From Lytechinus pictus (Eukaryota), in assembly GCF_037042905.1 (NCBI RefSeq), contig NC_087252.1, positions 26,972,001-27,036,000 of the forward strand: 64,000 bases of DNA, given 5' to 3'. Positions within the stretch are counted from its first letter, which is position 1. The number at the start of each line of letters is the position of its first letter. The notes beneath the pieces are model-generated. The model was not told where the DNA came from. It made no database searches and saw nothing but the letters and a program-made list of their open reading frames with translations. Positions 24,201 to 33,627 of this stretch are shown piece after piece. Position numbers and translations under genes: made by a program.

Positions 24201-25103
24201 TTTTATCAATGTTGAACTAGTCGTTGTATTATATTGTGTTAGAAAGTAGAATGGTTGTTTTAGTTGAGACATCCGGCATTCGAATGAGTAATTCAATATC
24301 TTTGTGAAGCCTTTTTGAAAGGCTGAATTGTCGTGAAATCTGCTAATTTCGTTATATCAGTAGTAATGTTCAGGATTTTCTGTTATGTGGACATTGGTTG
24401 TATTCTTGTTCACCCTCTCCTCTGCAAAATTTTACTTTCTTTCCTTATGTATGTAATATTTTCCTCAACATTTGTTCTCTTGTGCTTGTGTTTAGTTGAA
24501 TTAAATTTGCCAAAAATATTTAATTTTGCCTTTATTTGTAAGATCCATAGAAATATTGAGCATGGCAGTTGCCATTAATGGAAAATGTAGTTTTAACGGT
24601 ATAATTTGTGCAATCAATCATTACCTTACGAACCATATTGAAATATGTAAATACTGATGTACATGATTATTCATATTTTCGAGTCTGTTTCCTCAAATCT
24701 ATAAATGAATTTGCCTCAAATTCCATTTAAATATTGCCATACGAGTATTCTCTATTAAAGCTTTGCTTCGACAAGTTGATTTTCATTTGCAACGATCTTT
24801 TCTAAAAAAAACGTGCTTTTTCATGTTGCATCTTCGTTTCCATGTCACCAATGCCATTCATATTCTTGTTATCTAATGAGAACACACCTTACTCGTTCCC
24901 TCCATGCCCCCCTCTTCCATCCATCCCCTTCTTTACCCCCCCCCACCAGTGGTACCAAACCATCGAGCCCGCCCGGAGACGGACCCCCCACCTACCAACC
25001 GGTCGAGAACGGCAAGCCGGACGACGTCGAGGCTCCCGCACCCGAGACGACCCCGCAAGCCGAGTCCGAACCTCTTATGACTAAAGATGGGTCAGTAGTC
25101 TAG
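55..25103 (+). CDS. NCAM: NCAM/Fasciclin II-like cell adhesion molecule (5 Ig + 2 FN3 + TM + cytoplasmic tail), multi-exon, 5' end upstream of window
   Basis: Phase-consistent GT-AG exons: 55-210, 1447-1608, 3452-3598, 5801-5989, 6360-6642, 7450-7618, 8085-8241, 9113-9318, 9879-9972, 10565-10732, 11627-11749, 17170-17300, 20252-20462, 21117-21324, (22491-22592), 24950-25090/25103. Five Ig domains have C...W...DxGxYxC-like motifs, followed by two FN3 domains. The TM/juxtamembrane sequence IVAIVVACFIILLILIDVCCFCMNDCGVLMFICVNCCGK closely resembles NCAM1. Confidence 0.88.
1447..1608 (+). CDS. NCAM-like exon, Ig1 C-half
   Basis: ttttag|...|gtaaga; TRLTFSNVEITEDGVYTCSV. Confidence 0.9.
2046..2437. 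mobile_element. MITE, PIF/Harbinger-like; second copy at 47392-47803
   Basis: TIR GGCCACCGCAC..CTTACGA at both ends; internal sequence shared with 47392 copy. Confidence 0.75.
2958..3191. mobile_element. poly-G MITE
   Basis: TIR caagggcgtaggctgg / ccagcctacgcccttg. Confidence 0.65.
3452..3598 (+). CDS. NCAM-like exon, Ig2 N-half
   Basis: atccag|...|gtaagt; GRVECTINSNPFPSVYWKLNG. Confidence 0.9.
3803..4114. mobile_element. MITE family GGCCCGTATTCTGAAGT (copies 14548-14858, 30705-30956)
   Basis: Long TIRs and near-identical internal sequence in three copies, both orientations. Confidence 0.8.
4190..5770. repeat. degenerate intronic minisatellite, ~35-40 bp unit
   Basis: Recurrent ccattacccaatgcccatactgatttcccattgt; source of many spurious ORFs. 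Confidence 0.9.
5801..5989 (+). CDS. NCAM-like exon, Ig2 C-half
   Basis: tttcag|...|gtcggt; LEVRDVIAQDAGSYECFATV. Confidence 0.9.
6360..6642 (+). CDS. NCAM-like exon, Ig3
   Basis: tcgcag|...|gttagc, phase 1-2; PPEWTVQPEDVQGVEGSSVTIQCAASGNPDPMYTW...DDQTYVCTASN. Confidence 0.9.
7450..7618 (+). CDS. NCAM-like exon, Ig4 N-half
   Basis: atacag|...|gtaagc, phase 2-0; LEVLIPPALNG...FSMDCII...TLSWRR. Confidence 0.9.
7630..7985. repeat. (GAT/GGT)n low-complexity microsatellite; similar tracts at 1220-1380, 6030-6245, 46870-47130
   Basis: Trinucleotide runs visible directly. Confidence 0.9.
8085..8241 (+). CDS. NCAM-like exon, Ig4 C-half
   Basis: aaccag|...|gtaagt, phase 0-1; LTLSLSPSNYDHSGGWTCFVES. 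Confidence 0.9.
8360..8645 (-). mobile_element. tRNA-derived SINE
   Basis: Reverse-strand homologue of 38652 element with (AAT)n tail. Confidence 0.75.
9113..9318 (+). CDS. NCAM-like exon, Ig5 N-part
   Basis: aacaag|...|gtgagt, phase 1-0; SWPGNLVNMSCVVNGFPYPTIRWY. Confidence 0.88.
9596..9757. mobile_element. CAGGG-terminated MITE with 5-bp TSD (tgtat); relative at 62618-62778
   Basis: tgtat|cagggg...ccctg|tgtat. Confidence 0.7.
9879..9972 (+). CDS. NCAM-like exon, Ig5 C-part
   Basis: tcctag|...|gtttgt, phase 0-1; ITPTDADFVPYYCEGVNKHG. Confidence 0.88.
10000..10308 (-). mobile_element. tRNA-derived SINE
   Basis: Reverse-strand homologue of 38652 element. Confidence 0.75.
10565..10732 (+). 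CDS. NCAM-like exon, FN3-1 N-half
   Basis: ttgcag|...|gtatgt; FPSEPENVRLTDVTSSTIRVLYDEPENDGGFDIEYYVVMY. Confidence 0.9.
11627..11749 (+). CDS. NCAM-like exon, FN3-1 C-half
   Basis: tcacag|...|gtaagt; LDGLAGNTRYQVWVAAENYRGVG. Confidence 0.9.
11795..12201. mobile_element. MITE with 5-bp TSD (atcat)
   Basis: TIR ca(t/g)ggttcccagc, internal tcagggaa repeats. Confidence 0.75.
12280..13380. repeat. degenerate tandem repeat (~140-150 bp) interrupted by a palindromic MITE (~12989-13207)
   Basis: Recurrent tttcagtgcttcagtaaaagtagtt and ctagatgtttatgtgaaggagttgc; insert ggggtgttgcaagaaa...ttcttgcaacacccc. Confidence 0.7.
14194..14238 (+). CDS. candidate alternative micro-exon between FN3 domains (IVTTVTVGPSIVPSI)
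   Basis: Three in-frame CAG acceptors (exon starts 14194, 14206, 14212), strong donor t|gtaagc at 14239, phase 1-1, preceded by ~260 nt without AG. Confidence 0.55.
14548..14858. mobile_element. MITE family GGCCCGTATTCTGAAGT
   Basis: Inverted copy of 3803-4114. Confidence 0.8.
17170..17300 (+). CDS. NCAM-like exon, FN3-2 N-half
   Basis: ccccag|...|gtagga, phase 1-0; APGKPRI...YILTWEPPQDNGGSAITYYHIEY. Confidence 0.9.
18410..19610. mobile_element. hAT-like MITE (8-bp TSD tatattga/catattga) hosting a Helentron-like insertion
   Basis: TIR catagacggcggaagc / gcttccgccgccaatg. Confidence 0.7.
18500..19478 (+). mobile_element. Helentron/HINE (DINE-1/pearl-like) non-autonomous element
   Basis: Inserted in a T run; subterminal IR gtctcacctgcat/atgcaggtgagac; (GGC)n microsatellite; five internal ~162-193 bp repeats with aaggtcaaaggtca. 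Confidence 0.75.
20252..20462 (+). CDS. NCAM-like exon, FN3-2 C-half
   Basis: tattag|...|gtaagt, phase 0-1; LQPLNPNKYYLVELRARNSQGDSEP. Confidence 0.9.
21117..21324 (+). CDS. NCAM-like exon, transmembrane + Cys-rich juxtamembrane
   Basis: ttccag|...|gtaagt, phase 1-2; hydrophobic helix then DVCCFCMNDCGVLMFICVNCCGK. Confidence 0.92.
22491..22592 (+). CDS. candidate cytoplasmic cassette exon (102 nt, phase 2-2)
   Basis: cgctag|c aat gct...cct gg|gtgtgt; NAKAGSQPKSALNIDDGENCITTDEITASTSEPG, CpG-richer than flanks. Confidence 0.6.
22943..23173. mobile_element. Tc1/mariner-like MITE, TA TSD
   Basis: ta|cagaagtgctaaaaagttgtgaaccccaccagaaaatg ... cattttctggtggggttcac..ttttagcaccactg|ta. Confidence 0.75.
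24950..25103 (+). CDS. NCAM-like cytoplasmic exon; internal donor at 25090|25091 or read-through to stop (…KDGSVV*)
   Basis: caccag|t, phase 2, GC-rich coding; GTKPSSPPGDGPPTYQPVENGKPDDVEAPAPETTPQAESEPLMTKDG. Confidence 0.85.
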
Positions 25104-26211
25104 AAACACTAAACAAACTTGATGTCTCTTTCAGGAAAAAATTAACAAATTAATTTATTCCAGTTCCCCCCGGATTTTCCCCATTTTCTCCAGAAGGAAA
25201 TTTTGTTCCCTTTTTATCATTTCATATTATCACCTAAATGAAAGTAGTCTGAAAAAGAATTCATGAAGCTTTCCATAATATCAACAGCTAATTACAGATT
25301 GCCCTTCAAAAATCTAAAATTGTATTGCTTTTCGCAGAAATTTGTTTCTTTTAATCTTTATTTTCTTATGTTCTTGCTATTTCCTGTAAGAATTTCATAA
25401 ATCTAATGATTATTTTAGTTCAAGAAGTCTTATGAACAGAAAATGTTAAAATGTCAACTTCTGTCAACCTCCTTTCTTATTCAAATCCTTGATTCAATTT
25501 TGTTTTTAGCTTGCCTCTGTCAAACATATTCCTTCAGCATTATATCCCATGAAACTTTTTCTCATAGGATTAAATATGTTATAACAACACTTTTTCAAAG
25601 TGCTTTTTATAAAACAAAGTTCGCAAACAATTAAATTCAGCACAATGAGTACCCCATCACCGCTGATATTACTTGTTCTTTATTGTTCAGAACTGGACAC
25701 ATAAGTTGTATTATGTTAAATAACATAAATATGTATTTCAGTTGCATTTTACAAGAAAGGGAACAAACCCCTTTCCTTCTTTATTCTTGATTTGATTAGA
25801 TTTTTTTTTTCTGTTTAAATTCATGCAGTAGGCAGATAATTTTGTTTTTTTCAAAGATTTGTTTGATTGGATGATTGATGATAGAACCCATTTCTTGTGA
25901 AACATGGAAATCAAAACACTAATGGGAGATGGAATGTCTTGTTGGAAATCGTCCACTCGGATAAGAAGACAAAAATTCAACATCTTTAAAGATACTCCTT
26001 GAAAGTTCATGTAGAAAATGAAGATTTTCTTAAATTGCCTTTTATTTGGTTTCTTCAATCATGATCAGTTCTGAATACATGTATTAATGTTATATGTTCG
26101 TTTTGATCTTTTAGTGCTGTGTAAGAAAGAAATGAGGAAATTTAGACCATATTCAAAAAGCTTAAAAGGTATACATTCATCAACCCTTATTCTTTGCTTG
26201 CTTATTTGTAG

Positions 26212-26236
26212 AAATTGTTTGCAAACGGCGGTTTAA
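26212..26236 (+). CDS. candidate terminal exon (GNCLQTAV*)
   Basis: Polypyrimidine tract + ttgtag|a, phase 2 matches the 25090 donor; ends in class I PDZ-ligand-like TAV. Confidence 0.55.
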
Positions 26237-28919
26237 AGGGTCAGCCTTTGAACTTGGTGGAAAGGCAAGTTTTGACGAGTTTATCCTGCATTGGAATTAT
26301 CTAACCCTTGGCTTGTCTCGTGTAAAGTGTTCTGCCGTGAAAGGTTGATATGGGGAAGATCAAGAGTGTCATTACAAAATATCAGATGATATAAGAAATA
26401 ATAATAAATGGTTGTTTTCTAACCTCATAGCTTTCTATTTTTGCACTCTGTGCAGAGCACATTGTGACAATATTATTTTTTTTCACTTAGTCTGGCTATA
26501 TCTGTATATTCAGCACACAAATAACTTTCTCGTTACTTTTGGTAGTAGGTTGCACTTTGGAATAGATTATTGAATATTTTCAGGTCATTGTTAAGGCTCT
26601 ATCATTGTCCATCCTTAACAAACAATAAAAAAATCAACCAAAATGGATTTTGACATTTGTATTGTTTGTAAATGAAGATGAGGAGCCTTCAAATAACATA
26701 TAACTGACCAGCATAGTAATTGACACAAGTGCTGGATTGATTGAAGAATTTTACTTTAGTGGGGATTTCAAAGAATATAATCAAAGAATATAAGGAGAAA
26801 GATAGTGTTATTAAAACATATTTCAGTAGCAAAAACAAAACACTGAACATAAAATCCTTTAAAACTCATTAAGGATTATATATAAGCCTGCCTGTCCAAA
26901 TCCCATTTTTCAATTGAAGGAATATCAAAACTTATTAAAAATAAAGATTTATATTGAAATGCTTATGATATATGGTCATATTTTTTATTTATTTGTTTTT
27001 ATTAATAAATCATCAACATACAAATCCTTTACATCAAAGTTCACTACAAAGATTACATAATCCAATTGATTTTTTTTACCTGTAGTCTCTGCGCAATGAC
27101 TAATTCCTGTTGCATGAAATTACCTATAGGAACAATTACAGTAGATACTGCTCAAAAAGTTAAGATATGAAGCTTGCAAATAATACTCATTTAGACAAAT
27201 TTAGACTAATTATGCAAGCAGAATAACATTTCACATGCAATATTTACGCTTTGCTTATTACATTGCGTGGTGATGTGATAAACAATTTGAATTTATTTGT
27301 AGGAATATACTAAAAAGAAAATTAATTCAGGACTCTTTTGGAGTAACATTTTCTTTGGTTCAATAGTAGTCCAAGTGGCTTTATAATCTACTTTATCAGT
27401 GAAAATAGAGTAGCACTCAGATATTTTAAAAGTCAAACTTTCTGAAAATTAATATCAAATTTGGGTTATGACTCTTTATTAAGTTATGATTTTTTTTGGG
27501 GGGAGGAATGAAAAAAAGAAAGAAAAAAAAAGATATTTAGTTTTTAAGGGTTTATCTTTTTTAAGATGTTCTCATATTAGTCACAAAGTTCACTTTTTTC
27601 TTCTATATATCCCAGTTTATAAACAAAGGAAAGTAAGGAACAACATCATCCTAAATTTTGAATTTCATCATCTAAAAGAAATCACACAGCCAGCTGAAAA
27701 AATGGAAATAATTTCAATTCAACAATGGTGATATGCTTTCCTTTAAATTGTTGTTGAGGTTTGATCATTTCTTGTCGCTGAAGTTATAGTAATGAAGCAT
27801 TCGCAAAAATGAGACACTTTAATATACTTCAACAAAACAGGGTTAGATTGTTGATGCAGGATAAATTGTGTTCAAACTTGTCTTCTTTTTTACACCATCT
27901 CTATGCCTGACGTGTATAATATATATTATGATTTTTAACCATCACTTTGCTCTATGTGAACGGCTCATTTACCCCAATGCACCGGTGGTTCATATGGTTT
28001 CTTTAATGGTGTGTTAACATATGGCTCCCTGCTTCAATGTTGTTTCATTGAACCTAATTCTTATGCAATAGTTTTCTATATCTATTTATAATGCACATGC
28101 AATGGCAACTGCAGTGTTGAGCTTGATAGCCTGTTGCAGTGATAAGCTCATGTGTGAACATGCTGCCAGATATCTGTCTTTGTAACGTATTGTGTGTCTC
28201 ATTGTACTGTCATGTCCTTTCTGTGCTTCTTCATTCTAGCGGAAATCATAAATGACTTTATGAAGCATCTTAAAACAATATAGTCAAAGACTTTGTTCAT
28301 GTATCTTTACCTTATTTGGAAAGATCCGATTGATATTGATATAAATATGTGATTTTCCGCACTTGAAATAAAATGTGCAATGCATATTGGTTAATATGAA
28401 AAATGCAAGTTATTACAACACCAGCAGAAAAAATACAAATACTCTATCCAAACTTAATTTGAAACAGTATGATAGTGATATGAACATGTGAAATGATACC
28501 TGGCATGAAATGTTGAAAGTATTTTTTTGGTGAAAAAATGCAAAGTATAACATACCAAAACAACCCCAACTAGAAAAAGAATGCAACAACTTTGGATATT
28601 TCCTTTGGAATGAATGAAGCACTTTGTTTCCTAAATGTGTTGTTTGTGGTATTTAATGCAATTATATTCATTACATTGTCTGGTTTCCTCTTTCTATCCA
28701 TGGGAGCATTTCATAAAGCACCTTGTCAGTGATTTTCACTGCTCAATTCACTCTCGGCCAATCAGATGCAAGGATTTCAGTAGCTTTTAACCATTTTCAT
28801 TGAAAGTCACTATGACAGGTTGTTTCATGAAACCTCCCTATTTCATTTTCATGCTTCACCCTGCACCTCCCTGTGTGTCTTCCTCACAACCCCCCTCTTC
28901 ACGGAATGGTGGATCCCAG

Positions 28920-29082
28920 ACCGGACATGAATTCCAATGTTGGAAAGGACTCTCCCATTTTAGGAAAAGGGGAGTCGGGGCAAGGTGATGGACCCGTTGT
29001 GGAGAATATTGCTGTGGAGTTGGAGTTGAACTCAGAAGTAAATAATGATGAGCCAAATTTTGGAACAAATAAATATTTCTAA
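28920..29082 (+). CDS. candidate alternative terminal exon (GPDMNSNVGKDSP...NFGTNKYF*)
   Basis: ~100 nt AG-free pyrimidine-rich zone then cccag|a, phase 2, 53-codon acidic/Gly-rich open frame. Confidence 0.45.
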
Positions 29083-30289
29083 TTCTTTTTTTAATTATGG
29101 AAACATTCTTTATAATTTGTTTTATTTTCCATAATATCACTATTTCCCCCCTTAATTAATATAATATTTTGTTTTCAATTTGATTTAAGTAGGTAGCGTT
29201 CTTGTGTTTTAGTTATAAACTCAGTATGAGACCATGTTATATATTAATTTTTCTAGGACTAATCTCTTTCATTAATATGCAAGTTTTTATTCATTTGAAA
29301 ATAATAATGCATTTATGATATTACACATGGAATTCCATACCATGTCATGAGATTTTTCAGGGCTGAAAGTGGAAATAAAAAATAAGCTAACACATATTTC
29401 ATTTTAAAACAATGAATTGTATTATCATTGTTAAACAATAACAGATGCCTATACACATCCATTAGTTTTCATTTACTTACAATGCAAGTAATTTTGAGAG
29501 ATAACATCAATTAGAGTGAATTTTATTCATTTTATAGGGAATCTTTTAAATAACCATATTTTTGCTACTTTCAAATCTTATAATTGCAAACATATTTAAG
29601 TGTTACATTAAACGAAAAACTGTGTGTATGCTTGAAACTATAACTCTCTATATATCTAAAACATTAAACACATCAGCAATTCTAGTATGCTAGGGAGATG
29701 CTCCTCATTTATACCAAATAATAATAATATTGCATAGAACTTGTATCAATTGTAATTAATCATCTGGCCTTAAAAGACTTATACTTTGTAAAAGATAAGT
29801 TTGGAGGGAAAATTGTTTAAAAATAGATTATTCATGTTTTATATTTTAAAATTAATTAATCATTCTAATAATGTAATTATTGATTTGAAAAAACACATGC
29901 ATCAAATGAGTCCCGTGAACATTAAAACTTTTTAAAAAGTGAGTAGCTGTATGAATATCCTGATTGTAAAGTGGAATTTTTGTGACATTTTTATTGTTTA
30001 TCAGATAGCTGCAGATATGTGCTAATGGCATTGTATTGGGAGTACAGTTCGATCTATACTTTAATTTGTTTACATTGAACGTATAGGCACCCTTTTTTTT
30101 AGTGGCAATCCTAAGGTTGAAGAACAAAATCAACAACTGAATTGGAAGCCAATTCATAAAAAAATCTTTTGTTTCTTATTATTTTGTTGTGTTTTGTTAT
30201 TTTGGCTTGCATTTTTGTTGGGGATTAGTTTGTTTAATCGTGAGAGCATAAGATGCCGTAGTCGGGTTTTCAAGAAAATGACTACGTGT

Positions 30290-30587
30290 GATAATAATAA
30301 TAATGATAATTATACTTGCTTATATAGTGCTTAACACTTTATCAGAAGTCTCTAAGCGCTCTACAGTAATGCAGTATAATTGCCATGGCTTTAGCAGAGC
30401 AGCTGTTATGCACGCCGCGTTTCAAGGAATGAATTCTTACCAGGTACCGATTCATCTCACATGGGTTGAGCGCAGCACAATGTGAGTAAATTTCGTGCTG
30501 GAGGAAAACATGCCATGGCTAGGAATGATTCGAACCCACGTCCCTAAGATTGAAAGAAGAGTCATAACCACTAGATCACGACGCCCC
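30290..30587 (-). mobile_element. tRNA-derived SINE
   Basis: B-box gtgggttcgaatc on minus strand, shared core, (TTA)n tail. Confidence 0.75.
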
Positions 30588-30704
30588 CCGCATCTTCTTT
30601 TGGGATGATGATTATTTACCTTTATCTTCTGAACACAAGAGCTGTCGTGTTTGGACTTTTTTCTTCTTTTTCTTGGAATGAGGAATCTGCAGTCTTTTGT
30701 CTTT

Positions 30705-30956
30705 GGCCCGTATTCCGAAGTCAGGTTTAACTTAGACCATGGTCTAACTTTGTGCTAAAATTATGGGAAGCCAAAAGTGTCAAATTTTTAAAAAAGTTTT
30801 ATGTATCTTATATTTACTGTGCTCTTTCCTGATTCTTCAATGGTGAAGACGGTTATCTATTTATACTTCATAGACAATTATGAATGATTTGAGAGCCAAA
30901 TAAGCTGAAATATGATATCTCTAACAATTGGCTCTCCATACTTCAGAAAACGGGCC
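30705..30956. mobile_element. MITE family GGCCCGTATTCTGAAGT, internally deleted
   Basis: Same termini and core as 3803-4114. Confidence 0.75.
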
Positions 30957-32702
30957 TATGGGTTTTGAACATGAAAGGAAATTCCTGCATTTATGTCCTT
31001 CTGGTCTACTACTTACGTTGCATTAAAAAAAATATTAAAGTAATTTACAATGGGTGAACGGATGCTGCTAATGAGAGTGAAAAAAGTGGAATAACAATCT
31101 GTACACACCATTGTCCGACTAATCATTTTGTTGAGCATTTGAATGTTTTGTTCCACTAACCATTGCAATTTTTTTATTATCTACTAACCTTTTTCTTTTC
31201 ATTTTCTTGTGATCATACTGTTGTGATTGTTAGCATTTTGTTATCAGTCTCATATGGGCCAATATATATCTATTTGTGGTGTATGTGTAATCACTAACCT
31301 ATTATACGGCCATTATTCATATTTGTTTTAGAATTCAAGTCTTCACTTGGAAAGGTGGAACACTTCTTCCTGTTTATACCAAGGAAGGAACCGAGGGATA
31401 ATTGTTTAGTCCTTTATTTCCCTGCTGTACTTAATTGCCTACATTTTTATTGTTTAACAGTGCAATAAAATGATATTGAATTATGTGGGTCCTTTTCACA
31501 ATCTGCAGAAATATTACAAAGTACATGATAAATGTAATAATTCTCTGTCACTTTGAGAGTACATTCAGCGTACTAATTTTTCCAGGTTGGTAATTATCTC
31601 TGGTTATTGGAACAAGCTGTCCGAAATGCCATGTGACCCAGGCTTTCAGTGTATTCTATGCTGTGGGTGGCATGGGGGGGGGGTGCCCTTTGGATGAGTA
31701 TTATCCGATGATTGATATTTTGGTAGATATTCAGAATATATTTGGAATAGTTTGTGTGGGGGGGAGGTTGGCTGTGCATATATAATGTGTATCACCAATA
31801 GAAATTGGCAGGAGCTTTAATACGAGAGGGAGAACAGAATATTCCTTGCTTCCTTCCATCATTAAAGTGAATACGATTACCATATTAACCATCAATGATA
31901 TACACATGTACTTGTTTTCTAGCATACAGCATCACTATTATTGTTAATATCTTTGATTTGGTTCATATTTGTTTTCCTAATCATTAACACTTTAGTTTTA
32001 TTAACAGGTGCATGGGCATGTTTAACATACACCATGGCCCTGTCTTACAAAGACTTGCGATTGATCCAATTAATCATAATTGTGGAAACCCATCAATGTC
32101 ATAATTATTGATATAGGAAATGTACATAAATGTTGCCTTGGAAACAAAGGGACCACACAGATTAATTAAGATATGCATGCATGAGTATGCATCACAATTT
32201 GAATGAACATTCATGTTGTGGATGTAGACTTAGTGGATTTCCATATTTGTGCTTGATCCGGTCAGTCGCAGTGCTTTGTAAGGCAAGGCCCGGTTTATTT
32301 GATTACTAATATTGCGATTCTATGCAATAAACTTTGCACTAGTCAAACCAAACAGTTTGACAAAATTTGACTCACATAAATCAGCGAAGCACCCCTCCCC
32401 CCCAAAAAAGGGGGGGGGGGCAATGGGATCAAGATATGATTGCATATTATGTTATCAAAATGTATGGGCCAAGAAATTGCCAAGGAAATGTTTTATATTT
32501 ACCTATGCATTTAATGGTTCAGGGAAATTTTCTTGACTTATTAATAAATTTTTTGGCCTATTCACATTATTGACCCATTTCATATTTTTAGCAAATTTGA
32601 TTTCTGCAAAGTTTCTTGTATAATCGGGTACAATGATATTCATTTATTCATCAAACTCAAAGTGATAGTTTGATTATTGAATTAGGTGATAAGAGACTCC
32701 AT

Positions 32703-33130
32703 GGCCCGTATTCACAAAGGTGGTTTTGAAAACCCACGGTTTAGTCCATGGTTTATCCAGATTTCCTGTATAAATTACGCTTATTTTACAGCGTATATTA
32801 AAAACTGTCCAATGCTGATGCGCGCTTTTTTCACAGTGCGCCAAATTGTCGCCTGTTGCCATGGTTATTCACGCTATTTTATTCATGAGTCCACTGTTTT
32901 TTAATTAATGAGTCCACTCTTCAAACAGTGGACTCATGAATAAAATAGTGTATCTAACCATGGTAACAGGCGTCAATTTGGCACACAGTGACAGAAGCGC
33001 ATATCAGCATTGGACATTTTTTAAACATGCGCTCGATAGGTGGTAAAATAAGCGTAATTCATACAGGAAATCTGCATAAACCATGGATTCAACCGTGGGT
33101 TTTCAAAACCACCTTTGTGAATACTGGCCC
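32703..33130. mobile_element. near-palindromic MITE
   Basis: ggcccgtattcacaaaggtggttttgaaaacccacgg mirrored at right end; arms complementary over ~200 bp. Confidence 0.8.
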
Positions 33131-33557
33131 ATGCCTTTTATAGGGCTTCAAACCTCTTGAGTTCCAGGCCACTGATTGACTTATGCATGTGAACAGTACA
33201 AACAATTTAGCTGGGGCCACGTTAACAAGTGATGAGTAGATCCTTATTTGCTGGACATTGTACCAGCTCCATGTGACAACCGAGCAGGGAAAAATTACAT
33301 TGGGGCCCTGGGAAGTTTTGTTATGAATGCTAAAAAGAGCCCTGGACAATTCCCAAAGCTTTATATCCATTAATTGCAAATTTAGTCAGTTTGTGGTTAA
33401 AAGTGGCCCCTGGAAATAAAAATGCCTGCAACAAAGTGACTTGTGCAGATATGGGGCTCCTCAAAGAATTTCCTGAAAGTTTTGTTACGTGTATGGTCAC
33501 CTATGATGAATGTAAAGATTCTTTCTGAATCACCGTTTCTGTCTTCTTATTTTACAG

Positions 33558-33627
33558 TGATTACTATGACGATGATGTCTCCTCGTACCGGTACGCAGAC
33601 AAGAAGTTTGGGGCCTCAGATTGCTAG
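33558..33627 (+). CDS. candidate alternative terminal exon (GDYYDDDVSSYRYADKKFGASDC*)
   Basis: Strong acceptor ctgtcttcttattttacag|t, phase 2; followed by ~4.4 kb repeat-poor UTR-like sequence. Confidence 0.5.

Noticed and set aside
31461..31473. Additional phase-2 terminal exon (GAIK*)
   Set aside because: Acceptor is plausible but the four-codon product has no distinguishing feature; indistinguishable from chance.
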